Source of the DNA: Candidatus Bathyarchaeia archaeon
GTDB taxonomy: Archaea > Thermoproteota > Bathyarchaeia > Bathyarchaeales > Bathycorpusculaceae
Assembly: GCA_049521795.1 (NCBI GenBank)
Contig: JBEKOM010000001.1
Span: 544,001 to 608,000 of the forward strand
DNA length: 64,000 nucleotides
Direction: 5' to 3'
Position numbers and translations under genes: made by a program. Below are positions 1-9,258 of the stretch, piece by piece. Each line of letters starts with the position of its first letter. Position 1 is the first letter of the stretch. The notes beneath the pieces are model-generated. The model saw only the letters and a program-made list of their open reading frames with translations, did no database searches and was not told the origin of the DNA.

Positions 1-623
1 ACACGGCTGGGGTTGAAATTAACAAGCGCTACGAAGACATGGGAAGAATGGCAATATCAACAGGCGGCTTTGTCATGAACAACGTCAAGATACCTGACGC
101 CTATCGCTTAGGCGACGTGGACAAGGGTTTCTACCTTACGATGGAAGGCTTCGACGCCGCGCGCATCCTCATCTCCAGCGTTTGCGTCGGCGCTGCGAGA
201 CGCGCCCTCGACGTTGGCATGGAATATATAAAAGAGCGAAAAGCCTTCGGCAGAGCCATCGGCAAGTTCCAGGGCATCCAGTTTGAAATGGCAGATGATT
301 GGGCGCACCTTGAGGCTCTGCGGTCTCTGACGTACAGAACTGCGTGGATGTTGGACATGCGCTACAAGGAAAACAAGTTTACTCCGCTTGAGGTGACCAA
401 AATGATCGCGGCTTGCAAGCTCCTGGCCCCGCATCTGGCCTTTGACGTTTACAAGCATGCTATGATCTGGCTTGGAGCATGGGGCTACACCAGAGAATGC
501 CCGTTGGAGATGGGTCTGCGCGGCATAATGTCCTACTGCGTTGGAGCTGAAGGGGCCACGAACATACAGCGAACGGTGATTGCAAGAGAACTGCTGGGGA
601 AGGACTTCATCGCGTACAAGTAG
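1..623 (+). CDS. Acyl-CoA dehydrogenase, C-terminal part (5' truncated by window edge)
   Basis: Frame open from position 3; R-x-AFGRAIGKFQGIQF, LGAWGY and EGATNIQRTVIAR motifs of the ACAD C-terminus. Confidence 0.93.
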   Translation, partial: TAGVEINKRYEDMGRMAISTGGFVMNNVKIPDAYRLGDVDKGFYLTMEGFDAARILISSVCVGAARRALDVGMEYIKERKAFGRAIGKFQGIQFEMADDWAHLEALRSLTYRTAWMLDMRYKENKFTPLEVTKMIAACKLLAPHLAFDVYKHAMIWLGAWGYTRECPLEMGLRGIMSYCVGAEGATNIQRTVIARELLGKDFIAYK

Positions 624-664
624 GTTAAACCCTTCTCGTTTTTCCCTTTGAATAAAGTGAAGAT

Positions 665-1639
665 TCACTGAAGCTGTCTTTTCAATGCGTCTTTGAGGGC
701 TGGCAACACTTCGTAAAGGTTGCCCACGACTCCGTAGTCTGCGATTTCGAATATCGGTGCTTCTGGGTCCTTGTTTATCGCCACGATTATCTTGGAGTCG
801 CGTATGCCGGCGACGTGCTGGATCACGCCCGAAATGCCGCATGCCATGTAGAGTTTAGGTTTGACCTTGTGTCCAGAGAGCCCTATCCATTCTGTGAACC
901 ACTTTCTGTCCTCGACCAGCGGGCGTGAGCAGCCGACTTGGCCGCCTAGAACGTTTGCGAGTTCTTCTAGCAGGAGCTTGTCGTCTTTTTTCTCTAGGCC
1001 TCTTCCACAGCAGACCAGGTACTCGGCTTCCTCGACGTTCACGCTTGACGTTTCAAGGGGTTTTCTTTCAACGACTTGGGTCTTCGGTTCCTCAACCTTC
1101 ACGTCTAGTTTGATCACCTGTCCGTTTCGGGTTTGAGGCGTGGGCTTCTCAAACGCTCTTGCGGGCACGGTTGCTACCTGCGGCTTGGACTTGAAGGTCA
1201 CCTTGGCCACGGCGTTTCCGCCGTAGGTTATCCTTTCGCCGATGAGTCTTCTGTTCTCGTCAACGCTCAGTCTTGCGCAGTCTGGCACGCATCCAGTGGT
1301 TAGCCGGGTTGCGAGTCTGGCTGCAAGGGGCTTTCCGTTTCTGGTCGACCCGACGAGCAGGATTTCTGGCCGGTAGGTCATGACCAAGTTGTGCAGGATG
1401 CCTAGGTAGGCTTCAGCCTGAAAATGCTCCAGAGCCGGGTTGTCGGCCAAGAAGACCTTGTCTGCGCCGTATCTTATCAGTTCGTTTGCTTTGTCTTGCA
1501 CGTTGTTTCCGATAAGGATGGCTGTGAGTTCCGTTTGCAGCTTGTCTGCCAGTTCTCTTCCTTTTCCGAGCATTTCGATGGTCAGGTCGTGCGCTTCTGA
1601 GAAGACCCAGACTCCCCTGTTTTCGCTCATCCGGTTCAC
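665..1639 (-). CDS. etfA: Electron transfer flavoprotein alpha subunit
   Basis: GGQVGCSRP, IGLSGHKVKPKLYMACGISGVIQH, AINKDPEAPIF motifs. Confidence 0.96.
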   Translation of the reverse strand: MNRMSENRGVWVFSEAHDLTIEMLGKGRELADKLQTELTAILIGNNVQDKANELIRYGADKVFLADNPALEHFQAEAYLGILHNLVMTYRPEILLVGSTRNGKPLAARLATRLTTGCVPDCARLSVDENRRLIGERITYGGNAVAKVTFKSKPQVATVPARAFEKPTPQTRNGQVIKLDVKVEEPKTQVVERKPLETSSVNVEEAEYLVCCGRGLEKKDDKLLLEELANVLGGQVGCSRPLVEDRKWFTEWIGLSGHKVKPKLYMACGISGVIQHVAGIRDSKIIVAINKDPEAPIFEIADYGVVGNLYEVLPALKDALKRQLQ

Positions 1640-2424
1640 CTTCCGACGACGCCCTCTTGAATCAGTGCTTTGGCCAGCTTCTCCGCGATCTCCTGCACGG
1701 ATTCGCCTGTGATCTTGATCTTCTTTCTCTCCATCTTCGGTGCCAAGGCGTCTATGACTTCGGTTTTTGCGGCGATTTTTTCAGTGGAAACGTTGAGGTC
1801 CTTCAGCGTCCAAGTGACGATTTCTTTCTTCGAAGCTTTCATTATCATCATGAGCGACGGGATTCTCGGCTGGTTTATTTCCCGCGTTACCGAGATTAAG
1901 GCAGGCATCTTCGCCTTCACGGTCTCGCTTGCGTCCTCAAGCGACCTTTCAGCGACGACCGTGTCGCCTTCCACCGCAACTTTTCGCACAGAGGTTATCT
2001 GAGGCAGGTTTAACAGTTCTGCCAGTCTGGGACCGACAAGCCCGCTGAAGCTGTCCAGCGATGCTTCGCCGCAGAGAATCAGGTCGAAGTCAACGATCTT
2101 CTTTATCATTTCAGCAAGAACGTAAGCCGTACCCAAAGTGTCTGCTCCCTGAACGCTTGGGTCATTGACGACGTAGGCTCTGTCAGCACCGATCGCAAGC
2201 GTTTCCCTCAACACGGGCTTTGCGTCTTCAGGGCTCACAGTCAGCGTGACAACTTCGACGCCGCCGAGCTTCTCTTTGATCCTGATAGCCTCCTCCAACG
2301 CGTTCTTATCGAAATCGCTCATTTTCTTAGGCGCGCCAGCCGTGACCAGCCTTCTAGTCGCGGGGTCAACCTTCAACTGTGAAACGTCAACTGCCTGTTT
2401 GAGGCAAACGAGTATGCGCTTCAA
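1636..2424 (-). CDS. etfB: Electron transfer flavoprotein beta subunit
   Basis: ILVCLKQ, D-x-NALEEA, DLILCGEASLD, EINQPRIPS motifs; overlaps etfA by 4 nt. Confidence 0.96.
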   Translation of the reverse strand: MKRILVCLKQAVDVSQLKVDPATRRLVTAGAPKKMSDFDKNALEEAIRIKEKLGGVEVVTLTVSPEDAKPVLRETLAIGADRAYVVNDPSVQGADTLGTAYVLAEMIKKIVDFDLILCGEASLDSFSGLVGPRLAELLNLPQITSVRKVAVEGDTVVAERSLEDASETVKAKMPALISVTREINQPRIPSLMMIMKASKKEIVTWTLKDLNVSTEKIAAKTEVIDALAPKMERKKIKITGESVQEIAEKLAKALIQEGVVGR

Positions 2425-2531
2425 ATAATTTCACCCGTGGCAATCCTTATTGGAGAAACGAAGCATAGAACATGGCATATTAAAACTTTCGCATGACCCT
2501 GTTGAAGAGTCTAATGCTCAAAGAAGATCGA

Positions 2532-2636
2532 CGCGCTGGCTTATCCTCAAATTCGCAACAATTTTGATTTTAAGAGTATATACGTTTTGCATATACACTT
2601 TGTATATACACTTGGCGAGCATCGTTGAAAACGCTG
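2532..2636 (+). repeat. 105-bp direct repeat copy 1, containing three tandem 13-bp units with TGCATATACA-like near-palindromes
   Basis: 85/105 ungapped identity to 7121-7225 by manual alignment. Confidence 0.9.
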
Positions 2637-2920
2637 TTCGTCTGGGCAGGAACGCTACATCCCTGTATTCGCGTTTTGGCCCCGTCTATTTCACCCCCCT
2701 CCCCCTAGGGTACTAGTACTGCACGCAGGCGTTGCGAAGGGCCCTACTAGATTTGCACAGGTCTGAAGCCGAGTTAATGGGAAGGGTTTGGCGGAGGATC
2801 TCGGCAAGGGCGGTGACTTTTCAATGCGCTCGGCCATCACGCCGTCTTTGCCACACGCACACTCTGCAGTATTCACTTCGCATTTAGGCGAAGGTTATAA
2901 TCCTTGTTTGTTGTCACTGT

Positions 2921-3034
2921 TTGATTCTAAGAAGGGAAGATTTGCTTGAACCGATCGAGGAAAAAGCAGGCGAAAAGAGAACGATCTTTGAAAAGAATGA
3001 AAAGTCGAGGAACATGGAAACACGGAAAAAGTAA
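2921..3034 (+). CDS. Possible 37-aa charged small protein (MILRREDLLEPIEEKAGEK...)
   Basis: TTG start about 25 nt after the BRE/TATA-like GAAGGTTATAAT; no homology evidence. Confidence 0.3.
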   Translation: MILRREDLLEPIEEKAGEKRTIFEKNEKSRNMETRKK

Positions 3035-3471
3035 CGGTGAGAAAGTAAGAAGACTAGAAAAAGCGCGAGCTCTTCTAGCCAATGCGTCTCCATAGGACAA
3101 GGCGTCCGCAACTTGCGAAACATGCCTATTCTCTATTAGTTCCTTTCTCTGCGCTTGAGCAAAGGAATCATAACACAGCCTGAACGCCTAGTCCAACGTT
3201 TTCGCGATGTTTCTAAAGCCTGTCTGCGTAGAACAAGGCATCGATGCCATTGCTTTCTCAACCTTCCTTTGAATGAACGTCGTCATTGCGCCCTTTCTTC
3301 TATGAGATTGACCCAATAACTAAATGGCGCGCATGCTTGTTCCTAAATTCATAAATTCCGTTCAAGAGGAAGGCATGACTTTTCCGATGGTGTATGTTTA
3401 CTGTCCCAGTTCGGGCTGGGTGCTTTCTTGCTCTCACACCCTCCCTCCCGGGTATCCTATATGACCCAAAT

Positions 3472-3603
3472 ATGATTGAAGAGCAAAACGAGCAACACAA
3501 GCTGCGTTTCAAACAAATTCAGGAACGTGCTAGCCCGCGGAAGAAGCGCGAAGAAACCCGAAGAGAACGTAAAAAAGCGACTTTTGGCCTCTCATCCTTA
3601 TAA
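3472..3603 (+). CDS. Possible 43-aa basic small protein
   Basis: MIEEQNEQHKLRFKQIQERASPRKKREETRRERKK...; purine-rich coding-like strand bias. Confidence 0.35.
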   Translation: MIEEQNEQHKLRFKQIQERASPRKKREETRRERKKATFGLSSL

Positions 3604-3705
3604 GCTAGGCTGAGAACGTATATTGCAAGAAAGGCGCGCTAACCAACTTATCGCAACATCATTTGCCTTAGGACTAGCTTGCTTTTTTCTGAAGGGTATT
3701 ACAAC

Positions 3706-4005
3706 ATGTTAAATGTGGGGAAGGTATCTGACGGAAACCGTAGCAGATTACAGATCATAGCGGAGATTCTGAGGCAGCTGCGAATGCCGTTAGGAAAGGC
3801 GAACATCATGTCCCATTGCAACATGAGCACAGCACAATCAGGGCAATACTTGAATCTTACGACGTCAAGTAATCTCATTCAGATGGGTGCTGATGCAGGA
3901 AAAGTGACGTACCTGAGAACAGAAGCTGGTCTGGAGTTTCTAGAATTGTACAAGAAGATGGCTCTGCTACTTGATACTGGCATTTCTTCACCTTTTCTAG
4001 TTTAG
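3706..4005 (+). CDS. Archaeal winged helix-turn-helix transcriptional regulator (COG3432-like)
   Basis: RSRLQIIAEIL...KANIMSHCNM...YL...LI...Y-x-x-TEAGLEFL pattern. Confidence 0.85.
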   Translation: MLNVGKVSDGNRSRLQIIAEILRQLRMPLGKANIMSHCNMSTAQSGQYLNLTTSSNLIQMGADAGKVTYLRTEAGLEFLELYKKMALLLDTGISSPFLV

Positions 4006-4033
4006 CCAATGCAGAGAAAAGAATGAAGGAGAG

Positions 4034-4216
4034 GTGATGTTGTTGCTGAATATTAAGGATGTCAGGAAGTGCAGGAACTCTTTGGAGCTGAACGACTTTA
4101 TCGAGAAGTACATTGCCGAGGGGAACTCGAAAGACGAGAGTATCGACAGTACATACTGGAGTCTGTTCGAAGAATGGAAAAGAGCTCTGAAGAAGAAGCC
4201 CACGAGCATGCTTTAA
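4034..4216 (+). CDS. Hypothetical small protein
   Basis: 60-aa ORF with GGAGAGGTGA SD-like sequence, downstream of the wHTH gene. Confidence 0.5.
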   Translation: MMLLLNIKDVRKCRNSLELNDFIEKYIAEGNSKDESIDSTYWSLFEEWKRALKKKPTSML

Positions 4217-4273
4217 CGCGCGCTTAAAAAAGGGCAAACTGCCTATTTTTAGGCGTCGATCTGCAAGCGCTTC

Positions 4274-4471
4274 TTGCAGTTGGTCGAGGAATCTGGAATG
4301 AAGAAGAGTGTAGAGAAAATCAATAATTCGGCGTTCGCATCGAACGCATTTGGAATCACAGAGGAGGGGTCGAATAAAGCAGTGAAGAAGTTCAGGTCAT
4401 TAGAGGACATATCCATAGAGCAGAGAAGGAGAGGTGCAAGTCAACCTCTCTACTTGTACCGATATGAGTAG
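4274..4471 (+). CDS. Hypothetical small protein
   Basis: 65-aa ORF with plausible composition; no recognisable motif. Confidence 0.4.
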   Translation: MQLVEESGMKKSVEKINNSAFASNAFGITEEGSNKAVKKFRSLEDISIEQRRRGASQPLYLYRYE

Positions 4472-4491
4472 CGGGCAGATATTGAAGCGGA

Positions 4492-4716
4492 TTATCCGAG
4501 CAGGACTTCCAGTATCAATTTGTGACGTAAGACCTCAGCAAGGTCTGCTTGTTCTATGGCATTTTCCAAAGCATCAAGTTCTTTTTGCACAGTCTTTCTC
4601 ATTTCTTCGCTGATTTTTTGATTGATCTCTTTCATTTGTCTCTGATACAGGTCGTCCGCCTCTCCTCTAAGTCTCCAATAACGCTCCAGCAAAGATTCTT
4701 TTTTGGTTTGTTCCAT
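4492..4716 (-). CDS. Hypothetical small helical/coiled-coil protein
   Basis: ATG preceded by AGGTGTGA; amphipathic helical sequence. Confidence 0.65.
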   Translation of the reverse strand: MEQTKKESLLERYWRLRGEADDLYQRQMKEINQKISEEMRKTVQKELDALENAIEQADLAEVLRHKLILEVLLG

Positions 4717-4858
4717 TATTCACACCTTTTTCATCTGTTTTTGTTTGTTATTTGGGTTGCCTCAGTTCATTGATTGTATCAACAGGCATTAATAGTTTGA
4801 GCACCCACGAGAGAAGAAGACAGGCGTCTTTGTTCTCAGGTGAGAAGAAGGCAGTTAC

Positions 4859-4987
4859 ATGGGTTACGCAAGAGGAAAAACAAGAGAAGAAGATCTGAAA
4901 AAACCTAAGCCTCAGAAAAAGAAAGAAAGGGAAGAGAAGCGGAAGAAGAAAAAACTTGCCCGACTCGAAAGACAGCAGTCCAGATAG
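4859..4987 (+). CDS. 42-aa Lys/Arg-rich small protein (MGYARGKTREEDLKKPKPQKKKEREEKRKKKKLARLERQQSR)
   Basis: Translated by hand; ATG to TAG, AGGTGA upstream; below ORF track cutoff. Confidence 0.55.
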   Translation: MGYARGKTREEDLKKPKPQKKKEREEKRKKKKLARLERQQSR

Positions 4988-5208
4988 GCTCGTCTAGAGC
5001 ACAAGCAAGAGAGATTTTCTGTTCGCACAGCACGCGCGTGGCGTGAGTCTATTTCTCACGCAGCGATTGTCTTCTTTTCAGCGCTCGTTTTTGCACGTAA
5101 CGAGCTTACAAAGGTTCTAGGCTATGCCATAAAGACGCACACCAGAGTTTACACGTGCAAATGATTTATATCCGACTTTCCTAGACTCTTTCCTCCGAGA
5201 GTGAAATT

Positions 5209-5526
5209 ATGCCAATATTTTTGATAGTTTCTAGGCATTCTGCAGAGAACTGTCCGCTGAACAATGAGAAGATGAAGAAAATGACGTTAGAATTGCCAGC
5301 CAAATTGGGCGGATTGGAGAAGAAACATGGAGTGAAGAGGATTGGAGCATGGACTGTAGTTCCGGAACATCTGTTGATTTGGGTCTATGAAGCCCCAAGC
5401 TCAGATGCTCTGCAAAAATTCTCGATGGAACCAGAAATGGTAAGATGGATGGCTTGGAACACCAGCGAAATCAAACTAGCAATGAGTCTCGAAGAAAGCC
5501 TGAAACTTCTAAAACAAGTCAAATGA
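5209..5526 (+). CDS. DUF3303/GYD-like dimeric alpha-beta barrel protein
   Basis: H-x-x-ENCP N-terminus, GVK-x-IGAW, EH-x-x-x-x-V-x-EAPS pattern; TTTATA promoter upstream. Confidence 0.7.
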   Translation: MPIFLIVSRHSAENCPLNNEKMKKMTLELPAKLGGLEKKHGVKRIGAWTVVPEHLLIWVYEAPSSDALQKFSMEPEMVRWMAWNTSEIKLAMSLEESLKLLKQVK

Positions 5527-5586
5527 AATCGCAACTTCTTTTTTCTCTGATTTTGCACCGGTCATTCAGCCAGCGTGCGCTCGTAA

Positions 5587-5868
5587 TTAATCTCTGTGTT
5601 CGTGGGATTCCTCTTCAGACTCTTCTTCATTCTCTTCTTCTTCCTCGGCAGCTTCTTCTCCTACGGCTCTTGCTTCTTCTTCAGCTTCTCCTTCTGCAGA
5701 ATAAGCCTCATCTAACCAGATCCTGAACTGTTCTTTGCTCTCAGGATCGGAAAAGGCCCACTCGCACAGTTGACTGACAACGGCGTTTAGATCGATGTCA
5801 TGATCGTCGGCCAAATTCTTCAGAAACTGTTCCCACTTTGGAGGCAGAGATATCGAAGACCCAACCAT
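5587..5868 (-). CDS. Hypothetical protein with RHH-like N-terminus and very acidic tail
   Basis: SISLPPKWEQFLKNLA...LNAVVSQL beta-helix-helix pattern, then poly-Glu. Confidence 0.6.
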   Translation of the reverse strand: MVGSSISLPPKWEQFLKNLADDHDIDLNAVVSQLCEWAFSDPESKEQFRIWLDEAYSAEGEAEEEARAVGEEAAEEEEENEEESEEESHEHRD

Positions 5869-6060
5869 TTTACTCTTTCACCATCACCTTTTATCATTCA
5901 AGCCATATTTAAGCTTCAGACGTACTTTTTGCCCGAAAGGTGCCTGAAACTGAGCGCGCGCTTCAAGCTAGCGAGCGTTTTCGCAGAATGAATCAGGCAA
6001 AATGATAAACAATTTATGAATCCGAAATCTAGACGCACGCTAAAGGAAAGAGACTGGATT

Positions 6061-6213
6061 CTATCTTTGTTCTTTTACCAACAACAGTCTCTTCGCGGTC
6101 TCTTTAGCGATCTTTTCAAGGCCCTCGGCTAATTCTGCACGGGTAACCTCGTCTATTGGATACACTTTCCCATTCTTATCGATGAATGCAAGTTCCAACT
6201 TCCTTTTTTCCAC
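6061..6213 (-). CDS. 50-aa hypothetical protein (MEKRKLELAFIDKNGKVYPIDEVTRAELAEGLEKIAKETAKRLLLVKEQR)
   Basis: Translated by hand; GTG start with strong GGAGGTGA Shine-Dalgarno. Confidence 0.65.
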   Translation of the reverse strand: MEKRKLELAFIDKNGKVYPIDEVTRAELAEGLEKIAKETAKRLLLVKEQR

Positions 6214-6302
6214 CGTTTCACCTCCTTCACACTCTATCATCTGCTACGGCGCGCGCCAACCTAAGAATCACAAGTTCCAATCCGCCATGTAAATCTAGTT
6301 TT

Positions 6303-6602
6303 TTAGTAGTTGCCGCGAGCGCGAGCAAGCTTGTAATTTCTATCTGACTCATCTGACGCTTGCTTGACCTTTCTATCTGACTCCTCGATCGCTCGATCTC
6401 GATCGATCGACGCTTGCTTGATATAGTTGTGTTCGCTCAGGTAGGCCATCACGATTGATCTGATTATTTCTGCGTCCTTTGTTCCAAAGCCTTTCAACGA
6501 CTGGATAATCTCCACTTGGTCTTCATCGAAGGTCACAAGAACGCGTTTACGCGAGCGTGCACCTTGACTAATCACTTCTGTCATGTATTCCTTAATCTTC
6601 AT
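6303..6602 (-). CDS. CopG/ribbon-helix-helix DNA-binding protein
   Basis: RKRVLVTFDEDQVEIIQSLKGFGTKDAEIIRSIVMAYL is a typical RHH strand-helix-helix. Confidence 0.75.
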   Translation of the reverse strand: MKIKEYMTEVISQGARSRKRVLVTFDEDQVEIIQSLKGFGTKDAEIIRSIVMAYLSEHNYIKQASIDRDRAIEESDRKVKQASDESDRNYKLARARGNY

Positions 6603-7120
6603 GCACGGTCATATATTCTTTGAGATCCCTGTCTCTTCCTCATTCAGAAAGACCGAATGGTTGCCGTGCTAGGAAGCATTGACGATGCAGTTATGTTCAA
6701 ACTCGGATATGTCAATATGAAGCTTCAAGATCAGATAAGGCCGTTCACATCGCTAAGCAGTTTGTCTCAAGCAAAATGGAAGTACAGAATCAGGTCTTGT
6801 AGAAATAAGTATACGTATTTCTCTCTTGTCATGAAGCGACGATACTCGATAATGAAACCGATCAGGACAACACAAGGTCTGCAAGAGCGAAAACGCACGG
6901 TCAGCCTAAGTCTGAACTTCAAAAGTGAACTCAAAGCTTTTTATCTCAAAAGCGTCCTGTTTTCTTTCATGTGCCCTGGATCTAGCAAAAGGTATGCACG
7001 CGATTACACAGATGAGGAGCTTCGGGCTCAGGCTCGCGATCTCGAGTGCGCCGTAACGATTCCCGTGAACGTGCCGGTGTCTTATTGTGAGCGCGTAAAG
7101 CAGCGCATCGTGGCCTTCGG

Positions 7121-7225
7121 CGCGTTGGCTTGTCCCTAAATTCGCAAAAAGTGCTGATCTGAAAGCATATACAATTTGCATATACACTTTGCATATACAG
7201 TTGACGAGCATCGTTGAAAACGCTG
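7121..7225 (+). repeat. 105-bp direct repeat copy 2
   Basis: 85/105 identity to 2532-2636; units AGCATATACAATT, TGCATATACACTT, TGCATATACAGTT. Confidence 0.9.
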
Positions 7226-7352
7226 AGGCCGTTCAGGTTGGCTGCCGAGCTGTGTGGGCGGTTCAAGTGCGCACGCATAATAGAGGGACACGGCAGCGTG
7301 CTTTACCGCAAGTGATTTAAGAAAAAGGTAGCATCGGCAAGTGGGGAATGGA

Positions 7353-8222
7353 ATGGCTTCTCTTCAATCTGTTAATGTCGATAGTGTTGAGCTGAGTTTC
7401 GTTGAGAGAGGCGCTGGGCGGTCAGTCATCTTCATTCATGGGATACCCACGGATTACAGGGCGTGGGATGCTCAAGTGGAAGCACTGTCGAAAGGTTTTC
7501 ACACGCTTAGCTACAGTAGGAGATGCGCATACCCTAGCAAGAGGAAGGACTTCGAGAACAGCACGATCGAGAATAACGCGAAGGACCTTGCTGGGCTGAT
7601 AAAGACGGTTGATGACGGTCCGGTTCATCTGGTGGGCCACTCGTACGGCGGGTTCGTCGCTGTCTACTGCGCGTTTCAGCACCCCGAGCTTGTGCGGAGC
7701 CTCGTTTTGGCCGTGCCCTACATTCCTACCTTGCTTATCAGGAACTTGGACTCTGCTCTGGATAAGTTCTCCCTTCTGGTGAGGAAGCCCTCAGTAGCGT
7801 TGTCTGCACAGAAGTTGTTGAATAACGCGGTTTACCCAGCGTTGAAGGAGCTTGACCAAGGAAACGGTGAGAAAGCCCTGAGGATACACCTCGACGGGTT
7901 GCAGCAGAGGCAGAACGCTTTCGACCAGTTCCCTGAACAAGTCAAGTCGATGCTGCTGGACAATAAAGAGACCATCAGGGAACTGACGACGAAGCTTCCG
8001 CCGTTCACCAGTGAAGAAGCCAGAACGGTTTCTGCGCCCACGTTGTTGATCAGAGGCGATAGCTGTCCGAAAGCCCTATGCGCCATAATCGAACTTCTCG
8101 CCAAAAGCATGCGCAAGAGCCAATCCACAACGGTCAGCAATTGTGCTCACTTCCCGCATTTTGAGAACCCTGAAGAGTTCAACTCGAAGATAAACGAGTT
8201 CCTTTCAAAACAAACCCCATAG
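7353..8222 (+). CDS. Alpha/beta fold hydrolase
   Basis: FIHG oxyanion motif, GHSYG nucleophile elbow, AHFPHFENP catalytic His region. Confidence 0.93.
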   Translation: MASLQSVNVDSVELSFVERGAGRSVIFIHGIPTDYRAWDAQVEALSKGFHTLSYSRRCAYPSKRKDFENSTIENNAKDLAGLIKTVDDGPVHLVGHSYGGFVAVYCAFQHPELVRSLVLAVPYIPTLLIRNLDSALDKFSLLVRKPSVALSAQKLLNNAVYPALKELDQGNGEKALRIHLDGLQQRQNAFDQFPEQVKSMLLDNKETIRELTTKLPPFTSEEARTVSAPTLLIRGDSCPKALCAIIELLAKSMRKSQSTTVSNCAHFPHFENPEEFNSKINEFLSKQTP

Positions 8223-8247
8223 GCCCTTGAGCCCGCAAAATGTAGGT

Positions 8248-8275
8248 TGATTGGCGTAAAGTTTTATCCAAACCA
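8248..8275 (+). repeat. Imperfect 11-6-11 palindromic site, copy 1 (TGATTGGCGTA AAGTTT TATCCAAACCA)
   Basis: Three similar sites in direct orientation at 8248, 8657 and 9259. Confidence 0.8.
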
Positions 8276-8656
8276 AACTTGACGACGATGCCTTGCCGTG
8301 GAAAAAGGCAACCATTGTCAGGGCAATGTATACAGTTCAGAAGACACGGCATTCGCATTGCAAAAAGAGGCTATTAAGAGAATCAGGTCATAATAGGGTG
8401 GGATATAGGTAGTATCGGAATCGAGTATACGGTCGCGTCAATTCCTTTTCAAAAATCTATCATAGGATGGCTGTATCTTTTTTGAGACGTCTTTATTTCT
8501 TCTTATTTGCTTTTTTAGCGCATTGGGCACTGCAATATTTGTTTTTGTTATCTAACGTCGTAAAGACTTTTCCGCAAATTGAACATTTCTTTTGAATAAT
8601 TCCCATTCAGTAGACCTCACCACTACAATTACGATTCAACAAATATAAGATTGCGC

Positions 8657-8684
8657 TGGTTGGGGTAAAGTTTTATCCCAAACC
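8657..8684 (+). repeat. Imperfect 11-6-11 palindromic site, copy 2 (TGGTTGGGGTA AAGTTT TATCCCAAACC)
   Basis: Similar to copies 1 and 3. Confidence 0.8.
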
Positions 8685-8766
8685 CAAACCCGAAGAATCG
8701 AGATGCAGAAAAGTTATAGCCGACCCAAATCAAGACTATCTTGTTTTGGCAGTGAAGGTGTCGACA

Positions 8767-9252
8767 ATGATTGACATATCTACTGTTTCCATTGCGATTG
8801 CTTCTGCTGGTGTGCTAGCAGGCGTCATATATTACGTCCTAGAGATTCGGCATCAGAGCAGATTAAGACAAACGGAGAGTATGATTAGACTATCTCCATG
8901 GTTCAATATGAGCGCTAGAGAAGTGCAGGAAGCAATAACTCTAGTCTGTTCAATCGAATACGAAGACTATGATGACTATCTTGCAAGGTATTCGGAAAAA
9001 CCAGAGCACATGATGTTGAAGATTCTTGGCAACTATTTCGAAGGGATAGGCATCCTTGTCTACAGAAAACTGGTAGAAGCAGACATTGTGTCCGATTTCT
9101 GGGGAGATATCATCCGATCATCATGGGAGAAGATTGAGCCACTGATAGTGGACATGCGAAAGGATTCTGGCGACCTTGGCATGTTTGAGTACTGGGAGTA
9201 TCTCTACGAACAAATGAAAAGAAGAAAGCAGAAGCTTCGACCAACAGCATAG
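8767..9252 (+). CDS. Membrane-anchored DUF4760-like protein
   Basis: N-terminal TM helix, then GNYFEGIGILVYRKLV...FWG...W...FEYWEYL pattern. Confidence 0.75.
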   Translation: MIDISTVSIAIASAGVLAGVIYYVLEIRHQSRLRQTESMIRLSPWFNMSAREVQEAITLVCSIEYEDYDDYLARYSEKPEHMMLKILGNYFEGIGILVYRKLVEADIVSDFWGDIIRSSWEKIEPLIVDMRKDSGDLGMFEYWEYLYEQMKRRKQKLRPTA

Positions 9253-9258
9253 ATTTGG

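Noticed and set aside
108-842. Long antisense or alternate-frame ORFs over real genes (e.g. 108-842, 17618-18160, 19533-20114, 44970-45503, 57121-57654)
   Set aside because: Shadow ORFs of well-supported genes, with no motifs of their own.
2575-2613. 13-bp tandem units considered as a CRISPR array
   Set aside because: Units are contiguous with no spacers and too short; no cas genes in the window.
2691-3455. Two C-rich tracts followed by GGGTA (2691-2712 and 3435-3455), resembling ORB G-strings
   Set aside because: No TTCCA-x-TGGAA-type ORB core and no cdc6/orc gene in the window; too weak to call an origin.
6657-7139. 160-aa ORF in the ORF track
   Set aside because: No recognisable motif and it overlaps the 105-bp repeat; may be a chance ORF or a remnant.
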